In this document: positions 1 to 12,900 of the stretch, piece after piece
Layout: each line of letters starts with the position of its first letter
How positions within the stretch are numbered: the stretch's first letter is position 1
Assembly: GCA_004431415.1 (NCBI GenBank)
Contig: QPMI01000593.1
Span: forward strand, 62,001-126,000
Reading direction: 5' to 3'
DNA: 64,000 nt
From: Cyanophora paradoxa CCMP329
Lineage: Eukaryota; Plantae; Glaucophyta
Notes under the pieces: generated by a model
Database searches by the model: none
What the model was told of the DNA's origin: nothing
Seen by the model: only the letters and a program-made list of their open reading frames with translations
Made by a program: the position numbers and the translations under genes

Positions 1-394
1 GGAGAGATAGCACTTCTGATACCGCGTAATCCAGGTCTCTGCGCAAGGCAATGGCGCGGCGGGAATGTCAGGTGAACGGGACTGCCGGCGCGCCCAGGGC
101 GCAGCGCGAAGGCATGCGAGACGTCGTACACGCACTTGCGCTTGAGGATCTGGGGCACACCCTTGAGGAGCACGTTCCGCACGAACGCCTCGCTGTCGTC
201 CTGCTCGCCGCTGGCGACGGCCTGCAGCACGGACTCGAGCTGACGGATGCCATCCTGCGGGTCTGCACAGCGATGTTACCGCGTTGCATGGAGCGTGGTG
301 CGGCAGCATTCGCTTCCGACAGGAGGGCGCGGGTCGGGCACGACGCACCGATCCGGAGGCTCTCAAGGATCTGCAGGTGCTCTGCCGAGGCCAT
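1..394 (-). CDS. 5' part of a spliced gene of unknown function, running off the left edge
   Basis: ATG at 394(-). Removing two GT..AG introns (348-263 and a second one) gives MASAEHLQILESLRI-DPQDGIRQLESVLQAVASGEQDDSEAFVRNVLLKGVPQILKRK-DLDYAVSEVLSL. Helical-looking; no family recognised. Confidence 0.6.
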
Positions 395-532
395 ATTACG
401 GCCGCGGCGTTGAGGGCTCTCTCCCCTCCCGACCCGCAGCCCGCTGAGGCCCCGCTCCTTGGGGGGGGTAGACCTGTCCCTTCCTTGACGTCGACCGCAG
501 CGATAGCGCGCGGGAACTCGGCGAACTCCGCC

Positions 533-1415
533 ATGGCGATGGAGCTCTCCTACTTTACGATCGTGTTCATTTTCATCGGTGCGACCTCCGATCCGCACGC
601 CCCAAGCTTAAGGTCCTCCGCGTTCGCGGACTGCCAGCCCACTCCGAGCACGCGTTTCGTGTACTACCGCCGCCTGCCGGAGTGCTAGCTCTTCTAGGCG
701 GCCTAAGGTTGGTCCTGGTCACCGGGTCACCGCGTCACGGACGGTGCTGCCCGCGCACTAGATCTAGATCTAGAGCGCGAATCTAGCTATGGAACACGCA
801 CCGGATTATGCTGAAGTCGGCTGTCTTGCAGAACCTTGGCTGCTTGACGTCGGCAACGGCGTCTTTAGCTACGTCGCCCCGTCCGCCTTCTTCGGCGCCA
901 TGGCGACTGCCGCGAAAGGCAGCGCCGCGCTCTCGACAGACGTCGTTGGATTCATGGGAAGAGCCTACGGCACCGTTATGTACGTAAACGGGCAGCATCT
1001 GCCGCGCTGACGTGCTGACGTATGCATCCCGGCAGCATCGTCGTCGGGCTCGTGCAGTTCACGGTGCTGCAGTCGAACGAGAAGTGGATCGTGCGGAGGT
1101 GCATCGTCTTCCTCGCCATCGGCGACGTCCTGCACGTGGCTGGCCTCCTGTACTACCTGCGCGACAACTACGTCTACTCCACCGAGCTCGTCGTGCGTAT
1201 CCGCCGCCCCAGTCACTGCGCCGGCGCCGGCCGCGGGTCGTGACTTGAGCCCCTGTTCGCACGCCCGCCCGCAGATCCAGCTCGCCCTCTGCGCCTGGCT
1301 CTTCCTCTCGCGTTGCGTGTACATGTGCATCTGGCTGCACGAGTGGGTCACCGAGCAGCGCCTGCGGAGCGCCCTCGAGACCGTCGCCAGCAGCCTCGAG
1401 GGCGGCCGCAAGTAG
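533..1415 (+). CDS. Small multi-pass membrane protein (~165 aa, 4 exons), possibly DUF7704/Erg28-like
   Basis: Intron 579-831 plus two short GT-AG introns give MAMELSYFTIVFIFIEPWLL...GRAYGTVIIVVGLVQFTVLQSNEKWIVRRCIVFLAIGDVLHV...LALCAWLFLSRCVY...GGRK*. About four hydrophobic segments. The IEP / GD-x-H / R pattern is recalled from DUF7704, so the family call is tentative. Confidence 0.7.
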
Positions 1416-1585
1416 GCCCGGCGCCGGCTCTAGAACCCGGCCGCGGCCGCGGTTTTCAAATTTTCCTGTAATTCAAAGTAACGATTATCATACATGCTCT
1501 GCCAGCAGGAATTAGGAGGGTTTCGTAATAGGTTCGAGGAAAGGTCCGTAAAAGGGGGCGGCCGCGGGGCGGGGCGGGGCGGCGC

Positions 1586-3272
1586 CTATCCGGCGGCGAG
1601 GACAAGCTCGAGCTTGGCGGGGGATGAGCGGGCGGCGAGGGCGGAGGTGGCAAGGACGGCGACGAGGGCGGCGGAGAGCGGGGAGCGGCGGGCGGCGGCG
1701 AGGGCGCGGGCGGCGAGGAGCTCGGCGGCGAGCGCGAGGCGCGGCTGCAGGGCCGCCAGGGCGCAGTACGCGACGAGGAGGGCGCAGAGGGCGTCGTCCA
1801 GGTGGGCGAGCCCGGGGAGCAGGGCGGGCGGGAGGAAGTGGGCCCCGTTGCCGCGCGAGAGGTAGACCCCGCAGACGGCGGCCAGGGCGCACGCCGGCCC
1901 GGGCTCCAGCAGCGGCCGCATCGAGTGTAGCGGGCCGCCCACCGCGTCGCAGGCGGCCCATAGATGCTCCAGCACCTGCGAGCAACGCCCCCCGGGGCTC
2001 AGTCCCGCGCCGGGCCGGGGCCTCCCTCGGCCTCGCCCGCACCAGCATGGCGAGGAGGATGCAGGCAAAGATGACCATCAGGATCGCCGCCGCGATGGCG
2101 AGGTAGTCGTCGATCAGCCCTGCGCGCGTCACGTGAGCTCAGATCGTCTCAGATCAGATTGGGGTCAGATCGGACCGACGAGGGGGATGCCGTCCGGGAC
2201 GACGTCGACGGGCATGGCGACGTAGAGGCCGAGGAGGGCCACCGCCCCCAGCACGACCCCGAGCGCCTCCGTCCTCGACCGCCTGCCCCGCGCGCGGTCG
2301 GCGGGCGCCGGCCGCGGGCGGGCGGGGCGGGGCAAGTGGCCGCACATGACGTCGAAGTCGACCCAGCGCCCGAAGGCCTCCCGCGCCTCCACCACCTCCC
2401 GCAGGGCCCCGTTGCGGTGCCCCGCCGAGCGCCCCGCGTTGCTCTCTGCCGCCTGCTCGGCCGCCGCCCCGCTGCTGCGGTCCCGGCCGGGCAGCCGCGG
2501 CCGGCTGGGCCTCTCGGGCGGCAGCCGGCTGGGCGGCCGGAGCCGGGGCCGGCTGGGCCCGCTTGATCGCCTCCTCGAGCCTCCTCTCGACGTCGGCCTT
2601 CCTGCTGCGCGAGTCCGGGGCGGCGCCCTGGCCCGGGCCCGGGCCCTGGCCGGCCGCCGGGGCCTGCGCGGCGGCGACTGCGCGGCCACGCCGGCGGCGC
2701 CGGCGCCGGCGGCGTCGGGCGGCCCCTTGCCCTCCTTGCTCTCCACGAGGGCGCGCAGGGCGAAGCTCGGGTGCACCGACGCGATGGCCGAGCGGCAGAC
2801 GGGGCACTCGCAGGCAGGCTTGCGCGCCGACGCCGGCTGGTGCGAGACCACCTCCAGCAGGCACTCGGCGCAGTACGCGTGCCCGCACGACGTCTCAACC
2901 GCCATGCTGAGGTCCTCCAAGCATATGGGACACTGCGCGAGCGCGGTCGGGTGCGCGGGGGACGGCCCGGACGGCGAAGGAGCGTGGGAAGCGGGTCCAA
3001 CCTTGAGCTTCTCGATCACTGCCTCCTGGAAAGCTTGATACGACTGCGGCGTCGGTCAAGCGGCGATAGCATCATGACGCATCGGCTTTGCTGGCCATGG
3101 TTCACCTTCTGTGTCTCAGCGAACGCGTGGGCGGTGCGCTGCGCCGCGAGAGCAGCCTCTTTCGCCACACGCTTCGCCTCCTGCGCAGGTGGCGGCATGA
3201 GTTGGAAGCGCTACGCTCGGTGTCATAGCTAGGGCAGACCGAGGCATCGACCAGCGACCGGAACCAGCCCAT
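1586..3272 (-). CDS. RNF170-like membrane E3 ubiquitin ligase (RING-HC + DUF1232/YkvA-type segments)
   Basis: C3HC4 RING: CPIC..CGHAYCAEC..CPVCR (~2935-2795). It is followed by YVAMPVDVVPDGIPLVG|LIDD (DUF1232 signature) and TM helices. Probable start MGWFRSLVDAS at 3272, stop at 1586. Confidence 0.8.
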
Positions 3273-3990
3273 ATAAGCTGCAGTTGCGGCGGTAGCCGGG
3301 TGCGGTCTCGAGCAGCGAAACAACGGCCTCGATCAGTCCCACAACTGTAGCGTGTCGTGGATGCCCTTGACTGCGGCACGCCCCACAAGAGCGACTGGTT
3401 TTGGCGCACAGCCGAATCGAAAAGAGCCAGCAGCGCTGCTGGCTGTCAGCTGCAGGTTCAGGTGGGTCCGCGCGCGGTCAAATGAGCGCGGGGCCGGGGT
3501 ACGCCGGCGGACGCATGGCGGAACTGTACCCCCACTTCAACCAATCGCGAGCGAGAGCGGCGTGAGGCTGGCGTGTGGGAGCACAAGCTTGCAGCCGCAG
3601 CTGCCGTGGTACCAGATATGGACGCAGATGCTGATCGAGCGTGCCTACGACGAATCAGGGACGCTGCACACGCGTGTGCGCGTCGCCAGCAGCTGCAGCA
3701 AGCGCGCTCCTCATCCGAAGCTTCGGGAGCGCGCGTCGCACTCCGAAGCGCTGAATCTCGACCTTTAGCACGTTCACGTCGTCTCCAGCCACGCCTTCAA
3801 TCCGGTCGGTCCGGTCAGCGCTTCAGCATGCATATGCGTCGAAAGCTTAAGGCGTGGTCTTGCTCATGAGCACGATGAGCGGCTAGCGAGCGGCAGCGCT
3901 GCAGCGGCGGCAATCCGGGAAAGGAGCGGCCCTAGCGCTCGCGCCCAGCCTCTAGCTCCGCGGCCCACGCCGCGCGCGGCGCGGGGCTTC

Positions 3991-6900
3991 ATGATCAGGC
4001 CAGCGTGGGTGAGCGCTGGCGCTTCAACCCGACCGCGACTCGCTTTGGTCGTATGCTGTTCGGGTGCGCCCCTGGACATGTACAGTCGCGCGCGCCGGCC
4101 TCGAGCCCTCCGTTGATCCGCGCTTCGCAGCGCTGATCCTGTCTGCGGCGTTCGCGGTCGCCTTGAGCTCGCGGCCGCCGGCTGCGGCCGCCGTAGAGGC
4201 CTCTGGCAGTGGCTTCGACGAGACGCGAAGGGAGGGCACCGGAGTAGAAAATGAAGCATCAGCTGCAGCCAGCGGAAGCGCGAATTCGAAGCCCGCAGCG
4301 CGACAGCTGTTGCAGGTCACTCCAACGCCCGCCGGCGTGCCCGGCGCCCTTTCCGGCCTCTCTGCGGGTGCCGCAGCCTTCTGCATTGGGCGAGCGGCGT
4401 CCGATTCTGCATCGTCGGTCGAAGGCGCGCGCCGCCCGCGGCCGCCGACAGGCGTCTGCTCGCGAACTCAACTTTGACCATGATCTGCTTGCAGGCTCGG
4501 GGTCGAATGCCGTCTTCAGCGCTATCCGAGGTCCGCTAGCGCGCTTTTTCTCCGGCTTTCGTTTCCTTGCAAGCTCCAAGGCTGACGTGCGCGGCGTTAA
4601 CGTTCGCAGCGTTGCATTACAGCGCGTTCGACTCATCCCTGTACGCTGTCACCGTCTCTGCTGTCCTCCGAGTCGACGGCACCTGCACATCCAAGCTCAT
4701 TGCAGGGAGGCTTGATCCTTCGAGCACGGGCGAGTGTCCTTGCATTTCTACGGGTCCCGCGTCGCCTAAAGCGCGCACTGAACGCCCCCCGTTTTCAGGC
4801 TCAGACAGCGGCACCGGAACTTCTGCTTCTTTCAGGTGCACTTTCTTCAGGCGCTGGGCGGTCCGTTGCTCAATCCCCTGGACTAAACGATCGCCGCAGT
4901 ACGCTGAACGGAATCACGGCGGTCTCTGCAACTCGTCTGGCGGTCGTTGATTATGTGCGTCAATCACGGTCTAGACATATCTTCTTAGATTGATACCGAT
5001 CTCTGACTCACACGTTCACCGTGCAGAACAACGGGAAGATCCGCCGCCTCAACCTTGCCTCAAACGCATGGACAACGTCGGACTGGGCCGGTGCGCTCCT
5101 TCTCTCCGTGCATTTGATCAGCTGGGAAAGGAACATTGCCCTTCTCATACCGCGTCGCCTGCAGACACCACGAGGCCCATGGGCATAGCGTACTCGGCGA
5201 CCTTGAACCGCGTCTTCGTCATCCAAGAGAACCGAAAGCTTCGTGCCATGCTCGCATCGTGCACCGGCACCAGGTTCGGATCCCGCAACATTCAATTCTT
5301 CTTCTCACGGATCGATTTCGGCAGCTGCACTGTTACCGACGTCTACACGGTGACTCCAACTGGCTCCACGTTCAACGCAGACGCTCTCGCCATCGATGGC
5401 GCGGTCTTGTACGTTGCGGTGGGGACCACAGTCCAGAGGGTTCGAGCTCTACCGGAATAGCGGCGGTTTCATTACCTCGCCGCAAACCTGCACTGCGCAG
5501 GTGGACGCAAGCTCGGGGAGCTTTCCCGTGTCGGACAGCGCGGTCTCGACGTTTGTCGCGTCGACGGGTTCCGCCGCCGCCGCTGGCATTCATGTCCTCA
5601 GCTCCGGATCGTGCGTTGCCAAGGAAATTAGTCGGCGCCCGAGCGCTCACGCTGATCTTACTTAGATTCTGGAGACTGTACGTTGGCTCGGATGCGACTA
5701 TCAATTCCTACAGGTCGTCATCCGTTTGTACTTCGACGATCCACGTACGCATCAATTTACGCTAAACGTTCCGCGCAGCATTTCGGGCACGTCGTCTGTC
5801 GAGATGCCGAGCGAGGCGGTCTCAGCCCCGATCACGTACGCGTGAGATACACTCGATCCTCTCGTTTCATAAACAATCGTATCCACTGACTTGTTGACGC
5901 AGCGGCGTGCTTCCCCGAACTGGCATCGCAGCGGTGGCCGCCTCGAGCGCTTTCTACGTTGCTTGGGGCTGTGCGCTAGGCAATCGAACTTCATTAACTT
6001 ACTTCTTCACTAATGCCGAGTGCACAGCGGACCGCATATACGCGCACAAGCCGCGAACATCGACCCTGACCCCGAGCCCCTCGCCAAGCCCTTCGCCAAC
6101 CCGCTCGCCAAGCCCCTCGCCAAGCCCTTCGCCAACCCGCTCGCCAAGCCCCTCGCCAAGCCCTTCTCCAACCCGCTCGCCAAGCCCCTCGCCAAGCCCT
6201 TCGCCAACCCGCTCGCCAAGCCCCTCGCCAAGCCCCTCGCCAAGCCCCTCGCCGAGCTCCTCGCCGACGGAGGCGCCGACCCCGAGCCCATCGCAAACGG
6301 AGGCGCCGAGCCCGAGCCCATCGCCAAGCCTGGCGCTACAACCTGAGATTTTAAGCCCGAGCGCTTCGCCCAGCCCATCGGACAACCCGGAGGAAAGCCT
6401 GCCTTCGCCCAGCGCCTCGCCAACAGAGTCACCGAGCCCAAGCGCGTCACCCAGTCAATCGCCAACAGATGCAGAGACGCCCAACCCGAGCCCGTCGCCC
6501 AGCCCGTCGCCGACAGCGTCGATGACCCCCAGCCCGTCGCCGAGTCCCTCGCCGGCACAGACGTCGGACACTGCGACGAGCTCGCCGTCCGCGACCCCGA
6601 CGCCGCCTGCGGATCCCCTGTCGCGGAGCGCGGGATCGAGCACCTTCTGCGCGGGCCAAGCGTCGTCGTCGAGCCCGGCCGTCGCAGGCGCATCAGCCCT
6701 CGAATCCGATGCGAAAGCTCTCTTTGTCTAGCGCTGACGGGCTGGACGGCAGGGACGGGGTCGGTGGCGCGCTTCAATGAGATTCAGGGCGAGCACGCCG
6801 CCGTATGCGCCGCGGCGTTGTCTGATGGCACTCCTGCGCAGGGCTGCACTACAGCACGTACGATGGGTACCTGTACGCGGTGACAAACACAGGCGTCTTT

Positions 6901-9900
6901 CGAGTGAACACGCCGTGCACGGCGACCCTCGTGGCGGGAAGCCTATCGTACACCGGTGCGCGGGGGGTGCAGGCAGCGGCTCGGCTGCACTGCGCAGTCA
7001 CTTATCGTACTTGCGGTGGTCAGGTTTTGTGGAGGGCGGGTTCCTGTCGGCGCGGTTCAAGTGCGAATGTTTCTGTTGCGCACTGGCGGCCGAATCCTGC
7101 GCCTCACCTGCGCCCACCGCAGCTCACTGACGGGATCACGGCTGCGTCGTCGACGCTCCTCTTCGTGTCGGACGAGGTGCTTGAGCCTCCGCCGATACAG
7201 TCCGCTCAGCATCGCGTCCAACCGTCGGCCGCGCGCGCCGGGCTGCGTCAGAACAACGCTCGCATCCGCAAGATCGACCTCGGGAGCAGCACGGCCTCTG
7301 CACAGGTGACGACAATCGTGCGGGGTGCGTGCACGTGCATTCAGCCTGAATGCTCGATTGGAATTGGAGACGGACACGCGCTCGGCAGAGACTACAGGCT
7401 ACGACAGCAACAACCAGGTCAACGGGCTGGCGTACTCACGGATGACGGGCTTCCTGTACTGGGTTCGAGAGGACGGCGCTGTTCGCAAGTCCAGGACAGA
7501 CGGTGCGGCATTTGCTGCCGCGCGGATTGCGCCGGCGGGTTGCGAGGCGGGCGCTGTGCAGGGACGGGCCAGGCGACGGTGACGACGAACTCGGTTTTCG
7601 AGAGCATGTCTCCGGACTGCATCGCGGTCGACGCTAGCAGTGATGTGCTGTACATCGGCGCATCGGAGAGAGTGTACAAGGTAGGCCCGAGGCCGCGGCC
7701 GCGTCGCGGCGGGTCGCTGGCTTTCATCACGTGAGAGCTGACGGTACGCAGGTGGACGCGACGGGGACGGCCTCTGCGAGTCCTGTCTTGTTCAAATCGT
7801 TCAGCTCTTATGTACGAGGGGTGGAGATCGTGGAGTCGACGGGGTGCGCGCAATGGCGGGCGCGGCGCGGGGAGGACCGTGTGTCCGACCAATGTCGCGC
7901 GCAGCTTCTGGCGGCTGTACGCGAGCCTGGACACCGGCGCTATCCAGTCTCTCGACAGGTCTGCTTGCGTGCCGAGCGTCATGATTGGTAGCGATGCCTT
8001 GATTTGATGTCGACGGCGCGCGCAGCTCCGGAGCGATCAAAAGCGGAGAGGGCTTCTCGGTGCCGACCGCGCTCCAATCTTTGTACGAGGAGGACATAAA
8101 AAAGCCGGAATATGGGCTGGCGGCGGCAAGCGAGTTCGGCGGTCTCTACGCGTCCTGGGGTCGTGCGTCGTTGCGTCTGTTTCATGATGAGAGGCGCTTG
8201 CTGATTTCCGCTGGCTATTGCTCGCATGTGCAGGGCGCTACGCTTACCTGCACAAGCTTGCGGGGTTCGAGACTGCGATTCCGAGCACCACAACGCCGAC
8301 CCCGAGCCCGCGGCCGTCGCCCATGACGAGCCCGTTGCCAACGGATGCGGAGACGCCAAGCCCGAGCGCGAGCCCGTCGCCCAGCCCGTCGCCGACAGCG
8401 TCGATGACGCCCAGCCCGTCGCCGAGTCCCTCGCCGGCACAGACGTCGGACACTGCGACGAGCTCGCCGTCCGCGACCCCGACGCCGCCTGCGGATCCCC
8501 TGTCGCGGAGCGCGGGGTCGAGCACCTTCTGCGCGGGCCAAGCGTCGTCGTCGAGCCCGGCCGTCGCAGGCGCATCAGCCCTCGAATCCGATGCGAAAGC
8601 TCTCTTTGTCTAGCGCTGACGGGCTGGACGGCAGGGACGGGGTCGGTGGCGCGCTTCAATGAGATTCAGGGCGAGCACGCCGCCGTATGCGCCGCGGCGT
8701 TGTCTGATGGCACTCCTGCGCAGGGCTGCACTACAGCACGTACGATGGGTACCTGTACGCGGTGACAAACACAGGCGTCTTTCGAGTGAACACGCCGTGC
8801 ACGGCGACCCTCGTGGCGGGAAGCCTATCGTACACCGGTGCGCGGGGGGTGCAGGCAGCGGCTCGGCTGCACTGCGCAGTCACTTATCGTACTTGCGGTG
8901 GTCAGGTTTTGTGGAGGGCGGGTTCCTGTCGGCGCGGTTCAAGTGCGAATGTTTCTGTTGCGCACTGGCGGCCGAATCCTGCGCCTCACCTGCGCCCACC
9001 GCAGCTCACTGACGGGGATCACGGCTGCGTCGTCGACGCTCCTCTTCGTGTCGGACGAGGTGCTTGAGCCCTCCGCCGATACAGTCCGCTCAGCATCGCG
9101 TCCAACCGTCGGCCGCGCGCGCCGGGCTGCGTCAGAACAACGCTCGCATCCGCAAGATCGACCTCGGGAGCAGCACGGCCTCTGCACAGGTGACGACAAT
9201 CGTGCGGGGTGCGTGCACGTGCATTCAGCCTGAATGCTCGATTGGAATTGGAGACGGACACGCGCTCGGCAGAGACTACAGGCTACGACAGCAACAACCA
9301 GGTCAACGGGCTGGCGTACTCACGGATGACGGGCTTCCTGTACTGGGTTCGAGAGGACGGCGCTGTTCGCAAGTCCAGGACAGACGGTGCGGCATTTGCT
9401 GCCGCGCGGATTGCGCCGGCGGGTTGCGAGGCGGGCGCTGTGCAGGGACGGGCCAGGCGACGGTGACGACGAACTCGGTTTTCGAGAGCATGTCTCCGGA
9501 CTGCATCGCGGTCGACGCTAGCAGTGATGTGCTGTACATCGGCGCATCGGAGAGAGTGTACAAGGTGGGCCCGATGCCGCGGCCGCGTCGCGGCGGGTCG
9601 CTTGCTTTCATCACATAAGAGCTGACGGTACGCAGGTGGACGCGACGGGGACGGCATCCGCGAGTCCAGTCTTGTTCAAATCGTTCAGCACTTATGTACG
9701 GGGGGTGGAGATCGTGGAGTCGACGGGGTGCGCGCAATGGCGGGCGCGGCGCGGGGAGGGGCGTGTGTCCGACCAATGTCGCGCGCAGCTTCTGGCGGCT
9801 GTACGCAAGCCTGGACACCGGCGCCATCCAGTCTCTCGATAGGTCAGTTTGCAGGCCGCGCATCAGCAGCGAATTCCTCGATGCTTCGCCCTAGATCTGG

Positions 9901-12900
9901 TGCTGATGCCGAGCCCGTGCAGATCTGGAGCGATCAAGAGCGGAGAGGGCTTCTCGGTGCCGACCGCGCTCCAATCTTTGTACGAGGAGGACATAAAAAA
10001 GCCGGAATATGGGCTGGCGGCGGCAAGCGAGTTCGGCGGTCTCTACGCGTCCTGGGGTCGTGCGTCGTTGCGTCTGTTTCATGATGAGAGGCGCTTGCTG
10101 ATTTCCGCTGGCTATTGCTCGCATGTGCAGGGCGCTACGCTTACCTGCACAAGCTTGCGGGGTTCGAGACTGCGATTCCGAGCACCACAACGCCGACCCC
10201 GAGCCCGCGGCCGTCGCCCATGACGAGCCCGTTGCCAACGGATGCGGAGACGCCAAGCCCGAGCGCGAGCCCGTCGCCCAGCCCGTCGCCGACAGCGTCG
10301 ATGACGCCCAGCCCGTCGCCGAGTCCCTCGCCGGCACAGACGTCGGACACTGCGACGAGCTCGCCGTCCGCGACCCCGACGCCGCCTGCGGATCCCCTGT
10401 CGCGGAGCGCGGGGTCGAGCACCTTCTGCGCGGGCCAAGCGTCGTCGTCGAGCCCGGCCGTCGCAGGCGCATCAGCCCTCGAATCCGATGCGAAAGCTCT
10501 CTTTGTCTAGCGCTGACGGGCTGGACGGCAGGGACGGGGTCGGTGGCGCGCTTCAATGAGATTCAGGGCGAGCACGCCGCCGTATGCGCCGCGGCGTTGT
10601 CTGATGGCACTCCTGCGCAGGGCTGCACTACAGCACGTACGATGGGTACCTGTACGCGGTGACAAACACAGGCGTCTTTCGAGTGAACACGCCGTGCACG
10701 GCGACCCTCGTGGCGGGAAGCCTATCGTACACCGGTGCGCGGGGGGTGCAGGCAGCGGCTCGGCTGCACTGCGCAGTCACTTATCGTACTTGCGGTGGTC
10801 AGGTTTTGTGGAGGGCGGGTTCCTGTCGGCGCGGTTCAAGTGCGAATGTTTCTGTTGCGCACTGGCGGCCGAATCCTGCGCCTCACCTGCGCCCACCGCA
10901 GCTCACTGACGGGGATCACGGCTGCGTCGTCGACGCTCCTCTTCGTGTCGGACGAGGTGCTTGAGCCCTCCGCCGATACAGTCCGCTCAGCATCGCGTCC
11001 AACCGTCGGCCGCGCGCGCCGGGCTGCGTCAGAACAACGCTCGCATCCGCAAGATCGACCTCGGGAGCAGCACGGCCTCTGCACAGGTGACGACAATCGT
11101 GCGGGGTGCGTGCACGTGCATTCAGCCTGAATGCTCGATTGGAATTGGAGACGGACACGCGCTCGGCAGAGACTACAGGCTACGACAGCAACAACCAGGT
11201 CAACGGGCTGGCGTACTCACGGATGACGGGCTTCCTGTACTGGGTTCGAGAGGACGGCGCTGTTCGCAAGTCCAGGACAGACGGTGCGGCATTTGCTGCC
11301 GCGCGGATTGCGCCGGCGGGTTGCGAGGCGGGCGCTGTGCAGGGACGGGCCAGGCGACGGTGACGACGAACTCGGTTTTCGAGAGCATGTCTCCGGACTG
11401 CATCGCGGTTGACGCTAGCAGTGATGTGCTGTACATCGGCGCATCGGAGAGAGTGTACAAGGTGGGCCCGATGCCGCGGCCGCGTCGCGGCGGGTCGCTT
11501 GCTTTCATCACATAAGAGCTGACGGTACGCAGGTGGACGCGACGGGGACGGCATCCGCGAGTCCAGTCTTGTTCAAATCGTTCAGCACTTATGTACGGGG
11601 GGTGGAGATCGTGGAGTCGACGGGGTGCGCGCAATGGCGGGCGCGGCGCGGGGAGGGGCGTGTGTCCGACCAATGTCGCGCGCAGCTTCTGGCGGCTGTA
11701 CGCAAGCCTGGACACCGGCGCCATCCAGTCTCTCGATAGGTCAGTTTGCAGGCCGCGCATCAGCAGCGAATTCCTCGATGCTTCGCCCTAGATCTGGTGC
11801 TGATGCCGAGCCGTGCAGATCTGGAGCGATCAAGAGCGGAGAGGGCTTCTCGGTGCCGACCGCGCTCCAATCTTTGTACGAGGAGGACATAAAAAAGCCG
11901 GAATATGGGCTGGCGGCGGCAAGCGAGTTCGGCGGTCTCTACGCGTCCTGGGGTCGTGCGTCGTTGCGTCTGTTTCATGATGAGAGGCGCTTGCTGATTT
12001 CCGCTGGCTATTGCTCGCATGTGCAGGGCGCTACGCTTACCTGCACAAGCTTGCGGGGTTCGAGACTGCGATTCCGAGCACCACAACGCCGACCCGAGCC
12101 CGCGGCCGTCGCCCATGACGAGCCCGTTGCCAACGGATGCGGAGACGCCAAGCCGAGCGCGAGCCCGTCGCCCAGCCCGTCGCCGACAGCGTCGATGACG
12201 CCCAGCCCGTCGCCGAGTCCCTCGCCGGCACAGACGTCGGACACTGCGACGAGCTCGCCGTCCGCGACCCCGACGCCGCCTGCGGATCCCCTGTCGCGGA
12301 GCGCGGGGTCGAGCACCTTCTGCGCGGGCCAAGCGTCGTCGTCGAGCCCGGCCGTCGCAGGCGCATCAGCCCTCGAATCCGATGCGAAAGCTCTCTTTGT
12401 CTAGCGCTGACGGGCTGGACGGCAGGGACGGGGTCGGTGGCGCGCTTCAATGAGATTCAGGGCGAGCACGCCGCCGTATGCGCCGCGGCGTTGTCTGATG
12501 GCACTCCTGCGCAGGGCTGCACTACAGCACGTACGATGGGTACCTGTACGCGGTGACGAACACAGGCGTCTTTCGAGTGAACACGCCGTGCACGGCGACC
12601 CTCGTGGCGGGAAGCCTATCGTACACCGGTGCGCGGGGGGTGCAGGCAGCGGCTCGGCTGCACTGCGCAGTCACTTATCGTACTTGCGGTGGTCAGGTTT
12701 TGTGGAGGGCGGGTTCCTGTCGGCGCGGTTCAAGTGCAAATGCTTTTTGATGCGCACTCGTGACTGCATCCCTCGCCTCACCTGCGCCGCCGCAGCTCAC
12801 TGACGGGGATCACGGCTGCGTCGTCGACGCTCCTCTTCGTGTCGGACGAGGTGCTTGAGCCCTCCGCCGATACAGTCCGCTCAGCATCGCGTCCAACCGT

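Noticed and set aside
1465-1475. TGTAA as a polyadenylation signal (also ~52528)
   Set aside because: Position is plausible but there are too few instances to support it without 3'-end data.
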